Shown here: piece by piece, positions 26,511-34,224 of the stretch
Layout: each line of letters begins with the position of its first letter
Position numbering within the stretch: position 1 is the first letter of the stretch
Assembly: GCA_038062935.1 (NCBI GenBank)
Contig: JBBTWG010000025.1
Coordinates: forward strand, 1-46,014
DNA from: Patescibacteria group bacterium
GTDB lineage: Bacteria > Patescibacteriota > Gracilibacteria > UBA1369 > UBA12463
DNA length: 46,014 nucleotides
Reading direction: 5' to 3'
Notes under the pieces: generated by a model
Database searches by the model: none
What the model was told of the DNA's origin: nothing
What the model saw: only the letters and a program-made list of their open reading frames with translations
Translations under genes and position numbers: made by a program

Positions 26511-26963
26511 TCACTGTATTTCCTCAGAAATAGCGTCGCCGAGGTCGAGTTCATCGAGAGGTGGTTCATCAGAAGATGGCTGGTTGCCGCCATCGCCATT
26601 CATCATATCGTCACCCATTTCACCTTGTGGACGTTTTTCGAGCATCACGACGTCTTGAGCCACGATTTCTGTTCGGAAACGCTTTCCCTGGCCATCTGGA
26701 GAATCCCAGCTGCGGGTTTTGAGATATCCTTCGATATAGACGAGTTTTCCTTTGCAGAGGTACTTTTGTGCAATCTCAGCCAATTTTGCCCAAGCCACGA
26801 CTTCGTGGAACTCTGTGGAAGAGTGTCTCTGTCCGTCGCGAGTGACCCAATCACGGTTTGTGGCAACGCCAAAAGTTGAAATAGGTTGACCACTCTGGGT
26901 CGTCTTCGAGACAGGATCGCGAGTTAAATTGCCGATGATGATAACTTTGTTAATGCTTCGCAT
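26511..26963 (-). CDS. ssb: Single-stranded DNA-binding protein
   Basis: The OB-fold N-terminus is MRSINKVIIIGNLTRDPVSKTTQSGQPISTFGVATNRDW...TEFHEVVAWAKLAEIA..YLCKGKLVYIEGYLKTRSW. The C-terminal tail is acidic and Gly-rich. Confidence 0.95.
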   Translation of the reverse strand: MRSINKVIIIGNLTRDPVSKTTQSGQPISTFGVATNRDWVTRDGQRHSSTEFHEVVAWAKLAEIAQKYLCKGKLVYIEGYLKTRSWDSPDGQGKRFRTEIVAQDVVMLEKRPQGEMGDDMMNGDGGNQPSSDEPPLDELDLGDAISEEIQ

Positions 26964-26964
26964 G

Positions 26965-27013
26965 GGAGGATAGAGGATTTAGGATGTAGGATTTAGATTT
27001 GGATGTCAGGATT
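26965..27013 (-). repeat. Seven-unit tandem heptamer array upstream of ssb (coding strand: AATCCTG ACATCCA AATCTAA ATCCTAC ATCCTAA ATCCTCT ATCCTCC, then c ATG)
   Basis: Read directly from the sequence. The three distal units overlap the last codons (NPDIQI) and the TAA stop of rpsF. Confidence 0.8.
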
Positions 27014-27565
27014 GTCCAAAAGACTGTCTAATTTCTTCTCTTCTGCTTTCAATTTTTCCTGCATCTCTGCCTCAGAAAGAGCTTTTTCTTTCTTCATTTC
27101 AGGAACAGGGAGCTCAGCAGGAGCCTCAGGTTTTTCTTTCATCGGAGGACGTCGGACTGGTGGTCTCTTCTTGTCTGCAGCATCAGCAGCTTTTTCTTGT
27201 TCAAATTTCAAACGAGCAGATTCGAGTTCTGCATCATACTCTTTCAAAGTCTTGAAAGTATAGCCACTTGGAACTTTGATCAAAAGATGACGAATAACGC
27301 CAGTTTCGATACGAACCGTCTTTTCAACAGTAGGCACTTTTGCTGGATCGTGTTCAAAGTGGAAAACAAAATAGCATCCACGGTTGTGTTTTCCGATACG
27401 GTAAGCCATATCGCGAATACCCGCGAGGTCTTCATGTAAAATCTTGCCGCCATCTTCTTTGATAGCAGTACGGATTTCATCGAGACGCGTCTTGAGCTGT
27501 TGGTCAGACAGATCCGGAGGGAGAATGACCATGAGCTCATACTGGAGAAGATCGAGATCTTGCAT
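26993..27565 (-). CDS. rpsF: 30S ribosomal protein S6 with a long Lys/Glu/Pro-rich C-terminal extension
   Basis: YELMVILPPDLSDQQLKTRLDEIRTAIKEDGGKILHEDLAGIRDMAYRIGKHNRGCYFVFHFE is the S6 core. It is followed by an approximately 90-aa charged tail. Confidence 0.9.
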   Translation of the reverse strand: MQDLDLLQYELMVILPPDLSDQQLKTRLDEIRTAIKEDGGKILHEDLAGIRDMAYRIGKHNRGCYFVFHFEHDPAKVPTVEKTVRIETGVIRHLLIKVPSGYTFKTLKEYDAELESARLKFEQEKAADAADKKRPPVRRPPMKEKPEAPAELPVPEMKKEKALSEAEMQEKLKAEEKKLDSLLDNPDIQI

Positions 27566-27981
27566 AGGTCGTTTTATTATGGATAAAAGCCAAGAAGCAA
27601 AAGCTTCAGAGCAATAAAAGAAAGCACAGGGAAGTTAGCAAAAAGACTTTCGAATCGCAAGGTGAAAAAATTGACAAAAAGATTAAAAGTTGAACAAATA
27701 CAAATTAAAAAAGCCCCCAAAAATAGAAACAAAGAAATAAAGAAGACAAAATGTCAACAACAAGAATATCTTCAAAAGATTCCAAAAAAGAAAAGATAAA
27801 AAGAGTAAAAAAACATGGAAATAAGCCAAAAAAATGAGAAAAAGAGAGTTTTTTTTAGAAAACAAAGGATATTGAAAGTCAAGACCCCACCCCTCGACGA
27901 AAAAGACAGGATCGGGGTAGGGTGAGGATACAAGACAGGACAGAGACCGTAAAAAGTGATCCGAAAATAGAAAATTAAACT

Positions 27982-29205
27982 TTGACGATCTTGATTACAA
28001 AGCCTCTCACCAACAGTTTAGAAGTAAATCTCGCGGCGCGCACAGAGCGTCAGCGAAAGCTATTTCGAAGCTACAGCTTCATTTCACTGGCCGCCAGGAG
28101 CGCAGGCCAGGTTTTTCATGGTATTGAAAGCAAGATTCGTGCCATAGGACCGAGATATCAGAGGTTTTCACCGCTCATTCACTGGGGAGAACATCGTCAG
28201 AAGGTAGCGACAGCAATCGTCAACCCTCGAACCATCTACCAACGCATCGCAGCTTTGAGTGTGGGGCTTTTCCTCATGACCGGCTTCATGGGAACGGGTA
28301 TCGAGCAGGGTTACGCCGAGGCAGGAGCTATGAATTCAGCAAATTTAGCATATGTAGTTGATCAAGAAGGATATTTCACCAACGTGAGCCCACAAACCTT
28401 CGACGGAGCCCGAATAGTCAAAGGAAAGATGAATCACACAATAGAAGAAGGAGAAAACTTGAGTCTCATCGCTTCTAAGTACGGAATCAAAGTCGAAACG
28501 TTACTGTGGGAAAATAGTCTGAGCCTCGGAAGCACCCTCAAAATTGGACAGAAGCTCTCTGTTCCACCGCTCGATGGAGTGAGTCACACAGCAATAGCAG
28601 GAGAAAATCTCGAAAAAATTGCAGCTTTATACAAAGCTGATAAAGCATCGCTCGTTGCCTATAACGACATGAGTTCAGGCGTCATTCAGAAGGGTCAGGT
28701 GATTTTCATTCCAAATGCCAAACCGGTCTCAGGAAGGAGCGTTCAGAGTACCCAGAGTGTTTCGAGAGGATCACAAGCTCGTGCAGGTGTCTCAGTCGGT
28801 CGTCTCGCAGGCACCGACGCACGCCCAACCGCAGGGAAATTCCTCATTTTCCCAACGATCGGATCTCTGACACAGAAATTTCACAAAGGACATTTTGCAT
28901 TTGATATCGGCAACAGAGGTAGACCACCAATTTGGGCAGCATCAGCAGGAACTGTTATCAAAGCCAGCTCCGGCACATGGGGTGGTGGATATGGAACTCA
29001 TATCATCATTGACCACGGCAACGGAGTACAGACGCTCTACGCTCACATGGAATACTTGACAGTCAAAGTTGGCGAAAAAGTGACACAGGGTCAGGTCGTC
29101 GGAAAAATGGGAAATACAGGAAATGTTCGAGGTGTGACAGGAATTCATCTCCACTTCGAAGTTATCGATCGCGGCATCAAACGAGTTCCATCAATGTATT
29201 ACTAA
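27982..29205 (+). CDS. Peptidoglycan hydrolase: membrane anchor, two LysM domains, M23 metallopeptidase domain
   Basis: The LysM repeats are HTIEEGENLSLIASKYGIKVETLLWENSL...GQKLSVP and HTAIAGENLEKIAALYKADKASLVAYND...GQVIFIP. The M23 motifs are GHFAFDIG...HIIIDHGNGVQTLYAHM...GKMGNTGNVRGVTGIHLHFEV. The start is non-ATG (TTG at 27982 or 27991), because the first in-frame ATG lies inside the TM helix. Confidence 0.85.
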   Translation: MTILITKPLTNSLEVNLAARTERQRKLFRSYSFISLAARSAGQVFHGIESKIRAIGPRYQRFSPLIHWGEHRQKVATAIVNPRTIYQRIAALSVGLFLMTGFMGTGIEQGYAEAGAMNSANLAYVVDQEGYFTNVSPQTFDGARIVKGKMNHTIEEGENLSLIASKYGIKVETLLWENSLSLGSTLKIGQKLSVPPLDGVSHTAIAGENLEKIAALYKADKASLVAYNDMSSGVIQKGQVIFIPNAKPVSGRSVQSTQSVSRGSQARAGVSVGRLAGTDARPTAGKFLIFPTIGSLTQKFHKGHFAFDIGNRGRPPIWAASAGTVIKASSGTWGGGYGTHIIIDHGNGVQTLYAHMEYLTVKVGEKVTQGQVVGKMGNTGNVRGVTGIHLHFEVIDRGIKRVPSMYY

Positions 29206-29206
29206 A

Positions 29207-29467
29207 ATGCTTCTCCAAAAAATCTGGCATGCACCACGAGATGCCGCCGCCTTTTGCATAAGACTTTATCAAAAAACCATCTCTCCAGATCACGGCCTGC
29301 TGCAGAGATTCTTTCCACATGGATATTGTAAATTTGCCCCAAGCTGCTCCGAATATGCACGTCAGGCTTTCGAGAAATATGGCTTCATAAAAGGATTTTT
29401 CAAAGCTACATGGCGTATTATACGCTGCAATCCGTGGAGTACAGGCGGGCTCGATTGCATTGAATAG
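29207..29467 (+). CDS. yidD: Membrane protein insertion efficiency factor YidD
   Basis: LYQKTISPDHG....CKFAPSCSEYARQAFEKYGFIKGFFKATWRIIRCNPWSTGGLD is the YidD signature. Confidence 0.9.
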   Translation: MLLQKIWHAPRDAAAFCIRLYQKTISPDHGLLQRFFPHGYCKFAPSCSEYARQAFEKYGFIKGFFKATWRIIRCNPWSTGGLDCIE

Positions 29468-29541
29468 AAAACATTGCACAGTAATCATCGGAGACTTGCC
29501 TTTTTCACAGAAAAGAATAAACTCCCCATAACGCAAAAAAT

Positions 29542-30843
29542 ATGAGCCTCACAAAAACAATCAGCAGAAAAGAAGATCCACTGAGTGCTAACAATAAAAT
29601 CACGCTCTCTCGATATTTCCCAAAAGGAACACAGTATTTTTATGCCTATCCAGCAGAGGAAGCATCTCATTTTTATAATGCTGTTCCGCCAGAAGTGGAG
29701 GAGGTTGTGGCTGCACGGCCACTTTCATGTTGTGGGCCAAATGTGAAGGTCATCTGTTTTGCAGAGTCACTCAAGCAAAAATCATGGGAAATGCTCAACG
29801 ATCTCAACGCAATCAATATCGAGAGGAAGAACATTCTCACACTTCCAGAGAAAATCACGACAGCTATCAAAGGAAATGAAAGAAATGACCTCATCTGTGA
29901 ATCGCTCTCAAAAATGGTGAAAAAAGGGAAATTACTGATGGCACAGCCATTCCTCGATGCAAGATTGAAGTCTTTTTACCAGATACCTCCTCAGCGCACG
30001 ATCTGGCTCAACGACAAGAGAAATCTTTCTTCTTTCATTCCTCAACAATTTTTGCCTCGCCGGTATTTCGAATTTTTGGATGGCATGTGCTTCCACGAGA
30101 CCGAAGAAAAAGTTCCACTGCCATGCGTCGTAAAAGTATCTTCTTCTTCGTCAGGTGATGGTGTGAGAATCTGTAGAACCAAGAAAGATCTCGAAGAAGC
30201 AAAACATGAATTCAGAAAAATAGAAGGAATGATTATCGTAGATGAATACATCAACATCAAAAAAAATCTCGGCGTTCAGTTCGGAATTCCATATGACTTG
30301 AAAAAGCCGATTGAAATCATCGGTATCCACGAGCAGCTCACGAGCAAAGATGGTGCTTTCTTGGGAGGAATTCTCGATCTCGAAGAAGAGAAATTCTACA
30401 GGAAAAAACTCAGCACACTTTTAATTAAAAAAATTCTCCCAGAAGTCCAAAGAAAAGGATGGTATGGAATCGGAGGGTTCGATGTTCTGGTCGACAAAAA
30501 AGGAAAATTCCATTTCGTCGATGCCAATTTCCGAATGACCGGAATGACGACATACGATTTTCTCGTCAGAAATAAAATTATTAAAAAATCACTTATCAGT
30601 TTTAGTGGTCTTTTCCATGGAAACGAAAGCGAATTCAGGGAAAAAATTATGAAGATTGCAACACCGAAGAACAAAGACCAGATGCTCTTCATCACGGCGC
30701 TCACAGAAAAAAACAATATGTATCGATTCAATGCAGCAATGATTTTCGATAACAAGCGTCAGATGAAAGTAAACGCCAAAAAACTGATAGAAAGCGGCGT
30801 CATTTCAGAGGTAATGTCTCAAGTCTGCGAAGGCAAGATATAA
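29542..30843 (+). CDS. ATP-grasp family ligase, substrate unknown
   Basis: ATP-grasp motifs are present: PCVVKVSSSSSGDGVRICRTKKDLEEA...IIVDEYI...WYGIGGFDVLVDKKGKFHFVDANFRMTG. The N-terminal approximately 170 aa are unassigned. Confidence 0.7.
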   Translation: MSLTKTISRKEDPLSANNKITLSRYFPKGTQYFYAYPAEEASHFYNAVPPEVEEVVAARPLSCCGPNVKVICFAESLKQKSWEMLNDLNAINIERKNILTLPEKITTAIKGNERNDLICESLSKMVKKGKLLMAQPFLDARLKSFYQIPPQRTIWLNDKRNLSSFIPQQFLPRRYFEFLDGMCFHETEEKVPLPCVVKVSSSSSGDGVRICRTKKDLEEAKHEFRKIEGMIIVDEYINIKKNLGVQFGIPYDLKKPIEIIGIHEQLTSKDGAFLGGILDLEEEKFYRKKLSTLLIKKILPEVQRKGWYGIGGFDVLVDKKGKFHFVDANFRMTGMTTYDFLVRNKIIKKSLISFSGLFHGNESEFREKIMKIATPKNKDQMLFITALTEKNNMYRFNAAMIFDNKRQMKVNAKKLIESGVISEVMSQVCEGKI

Positions 30844-32168
30844 ACTTTCGGAACCGGATTGATAAATTCCTGAGAGAGGACGTATTTGTAAGCTCCCTGA
30901 TATGGAACGACAATCACATCGTTTTCTTCGATCTGCGTGGCATATGAATAATATCCCCAAATATCATGTGGAGTGCACAGAGGTCCATACACCGTACAAT
31001 CAATCTCCTTGAGCGACGGATGAGTGAGATTGATGAGTGGATAGTAGAAGTGCTCACCATATTCCCAGCCAACAGCATTCACGCCACCATCAGCGATCAC
31101 GCACTGAGGATTTTTCACGTCCACCACGCGCGTCACGATGTGCATAGAATTATTCGAAATGATGCGCCCGGGCTCACTATAGTAATCACACTGGAGCAAA
31201 GGATCGAGATATTCTTTCACGGCACCAGCAATCGTCTGGGCAAATTGTTCCAGGGAAACAGAATTGGTCACAAAGTACTTGTCATCAAACGGCGTTTTGA
31301 CCCCAAAATAGTTATCAGCAGTTTGCAGGAGCGCTCCGGTCGGGAGACTCCCCGGATAATGAGATGTCCATGGATAATATCCCTCCGTCTGATTCGGGAA
31401 AAAGCCACCACCGAAATCAATAAAATCGATTTTTTTCAGCATCTCCGGACTGAAATTCGCCCGGAGGTACTCAGAAAGTTCTTTGAGAATCTGGACATAT
31501 TTCGAAGGATCACGATTCCAACTGATATGAAATTGAATGCCGCACAAATCTAAAAACGAATATTGCCGAGCTTCTTCCCAGAAATATTTCAAATCACTCA
31601 GTGGAATGCCGAATTTCGACCATGCACCATGAAACGAAGAGAAAAAGCGAACACCAGCACGGATGCGAATTTTCTTTTTCTCGCTCAATTTCCCCAGCTT
31701 CCGGAGTTCAGAAAAGCTGTCAATATTCACCGTCACGGTGTCGGCGTGATCCAAAGCAGTTGAGAGGCTTTTGAGTGTCTTTCCGGGTCCAGAAAAGAGA
31801 ATATTTTTGGCGCCCGCTTCCAGCGCGAGATTGAGCTCGCGTTCACTCGAAACGTCCAGTCCGAAACCATGCTGCAAAACTGTCTGGAGAATAAACGGAT
31901 GATGATCAGACTTCATCGCATAAAAAGGCTTGCAAGAAGGGAAAAATGTAAAAAAAGCGTTCTGGAATCGAAGGATGCTATTTTTGAGTTCATCCTGATC
32001 CAGCAAATAGAAAGGCGTCTCATATTTCTCAGCAAACTGCAAAATCCGGTCACCTTTCTGCTGAACATCCTGAACAACCTGGACCAAGCTTTGTGAACTC
32101 CTTTCAGGGGATGTTTCCAAAAGTTTGAGCAGTCGCTTTTTACTTTCTTCCAGGTTTGAGATAGACAT
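30819..32168 (-). CDS. PLP-dependent decarboxylase, Orn/DAP/Arg decarboxylase (alanine-racemase fold) family
   Basis: PFYLLDQDEL, FYAMKSDHH (PLP lysine), GLDVSSERELNLALEAGAKNILFSGPGK, FGGGFF, EPGRIISNN and GPLCTPHD are the family's catalytic motifs. The substrate cannot be assigned from the sequence. Confidence 0.8.
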   Translation of the reverse strand: MSISNLEESKKRLLKLLETSPERSSQSLVQVVQDVQQKGDRILQFAEKYETPFYLLDQDELKNSILRFQNAFFTFFPSCKPFYAMKSDHHPFILQTVLQHGFGLDVSSERELNLALEAGAKNILFSGPGKTLKSLSTALDHADTVTVNIDSFSELRKLGKLSEKKKIRIRAGVRFFSSFHGAWSKFGIPLSDLKYFWEEARQYSFLDLCGIQFHISWNRDPSKYVQILKELSEYLRANFSPEMLKKIDFIDFGGGFFPNQTEGYYPWTSHYPGSLPTGALLQTADNYFGVKTPFDDKYFVTNSVSLEQFAQTIAGAVKEYLDPLLQCDYYSEPGRIISNNSMHIVTRVVDVKNPQCVIADGGVNAVGWEYGEHFYYPLINLTHPSLKEIDCTVYGPLCTPHDIWGYYSYATQIEENDVIVVPYQGAYKYVLSQEFINPVPKVYILPSQT

Positions 32169-32251
32169 ATGATCCTGTGAAATATATGAGCAAAAAGGGC
32201 ATTTGTACAGATCTAAAAGTTAGAAAATATTTGACAAATATGTAAAAACAC

Positions 32252-33427
32252 CTACCACTCAACATGATGCCAGGGCTTCAGGATGACATCCTGAGTAATG
32301 GTGCTCGCACGTTCCACAGGCGCCAGAAGGCACTTTTCAAGTGGCCTTTGGAGGAGCGCTTCGGTCTTCAAAAGACCTGCAGCAAGCAAAGGATTGAGTG
32401 TTCTAGAAGTTTTGATTTCACGGGCATGAATTTTCCCGCCTGTTTCGATAAAAAGGTCGACCTCCAGTCCATCATTCGTCCGAAAATAAGAAAAAGCGGG
32501 ATGTTCTCCAGAGAAACTCGCCCATTTGAGATGTTCCAGAACAACGGCTGTTTCGAAAAGAGGTCCCAGGAAAAGCCCCTGATTCAAAACTGCCGGATCG
32601 TGAATGCCCATGAGATACGATGCGAGAGCCGTATCAGCAAAATAAATTTTGGGGGCTTTGACGAGACGTTTCGAAAGATTGATATGAAAAGGCTCGAGCA
32701 GATACACCTGATAGCTCGCCTGAAGAATCGAAAGCCAGCGTCGCACGGTGGGAACGCTGATACCTGTATCACGAGCGAGATCGCTCATGTTCAGAATTTG
32801 TCCAGTGCGAATAGCGACAAGTCTCAAAAAACGTTCGAAGAGTGTCAAATCGGTGACGTTCAGAATCTGTCGAATATCGCGTTCCAGATAGAGCCGGATA
32901 TAGCTCGCACACCAGATATTGCGATCCAGTTCAGGACGACTGCGAAGTTCCGGATATCCTCCACGAAGGATCCAATCAGCAATATCATCAGTTTGAGCAT
33001 GCGATAGTTTTTTCTTGCCATCCACTTCACGAATAGAGCAGGGATAGAGAGTGAGAACTGCGGCGCGCCCGGCAAGAGACTGGGAAACATGCTGCATCAT
33101 AAGGAAATTTTGTGATCCCGTAAGAATATATTGCCCATATCTCGTACGATGAGCATCCACAATACCCTGAATATAACTCGGCAACTGGGGGGCGTATTGG
33201 ATTTCATCAAAAATAACTGGAGCAGGAAAGTTTTCCAGAAAAGTTCTCGGATCTTCGAGCGCCTGACGTCGAATATCGGGATCCTCGAGAGATACGTATT
33301 GGTGCGTTTTTTCCAGAAGCATTTTGCACAAGGTGCTTTTCCCCGTCTGACGGGCACCAGTCAGGATGACAACAGGGAAAGTTTTGACCGATTTCAGAAA
33401 GAGTTTTTCCGTAAAACGCTGGTACAT
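32252..33427 (-). CDS. AAA-type ATPase with a DUF4143-like C-terminal domain (COG1373-like ATP-binding protein)
   Basis: It has a Walker A motif (VVILTGARQTGKSTL), then FDEIQYAP and YILTGSQNF. The C-terminal region is ...YFRTNDGLEVDLFIE.... I placed the start at ATG 33427 (MYQRF...). Confidence 0.75.
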   Translation of the reverse strand: MYQRFTEKLFLKSVKTFPVVILTGARQTGKSTLCKMLLEKTHQYVSLEDPDIRRQALEDPRTFLENFPAPVIFDEIQYAPQLPSYIQGIVDAHRTRYGQYILTGSQNFLMMQHVSQSLAGRAAVLTLYPCSIREVDGKKKLSHAQTDDIADWILRGGYPELRSRPELDRNIWCASYIRLYLERDIRQILNVTDLTLFERFLRLVAIRTGQILNMSDLARDTGISVPTVRRWLSILQASYQVYLLEPFHINLSKRLVKAPKIYFADTALASYLMGIHDPAVLNQGLFLGPLFETAVVLEHLKWASFSGEHPAFSYFRTNDGLEVDLFIETGGKIHAREIKTSRTLNPLLAAGLLKTEALLQRPLEKCLLAPVERASTITQDVILKPWHHVEW

Positions 33428-33578
33428 GACGACATCATAACACATGCAAATTAAACATTCAATATTAAATTTGCACACAAAAAGGTATATTTCAGCTTGA
33501 AATAAGAAATTTCATTGGAGAAATTCAAAGATAAAAAATAAATGCTTATGGAAAGAAAGAGACATCCAAACCGGCAGC

Positions 33579-33607
33579 TTGCGCCCAAAGCTATTTTCTG
33601 GTATAAT
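33579..33607 (+). promoter_or_regulatory. Sigma70-like promoter candidate with extended -10 (TTGCGC-17 nt-TGgTATAAT) in front of the orphan operon
   Basis: TTGCGC lies at 33579-33584, TG at 33599-33600 and TATAAT at 33602-33607, 35 nt upstream of the ATG at 33643. Confidence 0.5.
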
Positions 33608-33642
33608 AAAAAGAATTCTTCGAAAAATAAAAACATACAAAA

Positions 33643-34188
33643 ATGCTCAAAAAACTCCGCACGAAAATTCGACTCAGAAGAGCTCTTGTAGCTGAGCAGC
33701 GTGCGAAACAAGTCACGCATTTCGATCATGGAATCCTCGATTGGCAGACAACGCAATACAATGCGTACGAAAAAGGCGTCCTTTGGTATGTCATTTTCAC
33801 GGCTGTCATAAGCCTTTTTATCGTCTATGCGTTCTACAGCAAAGATTATTTCTTCGCAGCAGCCATGATCGCATTCGGAGTTGCATACGCTATTTTGCAG
33901 CGAGAAAAGCCAAAAAATGTGAAAGTTATCCTCTCGAAATACGGGATCAAAGTCGGAAATGATGTATATCCATACAGTGAGGTAATCGCATTTTGGCTGA
34001 TATACAAGCCACCATACGTGAAGACGCTCAATTTCAGAATCAAAAATCGCTGGGCACAGGATCTCGTGATCAACATCCACAAAGAAGATCCAGCAGAAAT
34101 TCGCGAGATGCTTGGTTCGATAATTCCGGAATGGAAAGGCAAGCAAGAAGCCTTTGCAGAAAGCCTCGTTCGCCTCCTGCGCCTCTGA
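33643..34188 (+). CDS. Hypothetical two-TM membrane protein with a beta-rich C-terminal domain (topology like bacterial PH/DUF304 proteins)
   Basis: The TM helices are VLWYVIFTAVISLFIVYAFY and YFFAAAMIAFGVAYAIL, followed by an approximately 90-aa soluble domain. The 264-aa antisense ORF is Cys/Phe-rich and was rejected. Confidence 0.55.
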   Translation: MLKKLRTKIRLRRALVAEQRAKQVTHFDHGILDWQTTQYNAYEKGVLWYVIFTAVISLFIVYAFYSKDYFFAAAMIAFGVAYAILQREKPKNVKVILSKYGIKVGNDVYPYSEVIAFWLIYKPPYVKTLNFRIKNRWAQDLVINIHKEDPAEIREMLGSIIPEWKGKQEAFAESLVRLLRL

Positions 34189-34224
34189 AGCACGAACGCC
34201 GTTCGTATACAAAAATAAAAAAAT

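Noticed and set aside
27751-27837. A 28-aa Lys-rich mini-ORF (MSTTRISSKDSKKEKIKRVKKHGNKPKK) in the A-rich intergenic tract.
   Set aside because: Its basic composition is the expected translation of an A-rich sequence (AAA = Lys). I cannot support it as a gene without conservation or expression data.
27683-27865. A 60-aa minus-strand ORF (Phe/Leu-rich, looks like a membrane peptide).
   Set aside because: It is simply the complement of the poly-purine (A-rich) tract, where TTT/CTT/TTC codons dominate. It has no start context and no conservation argument.
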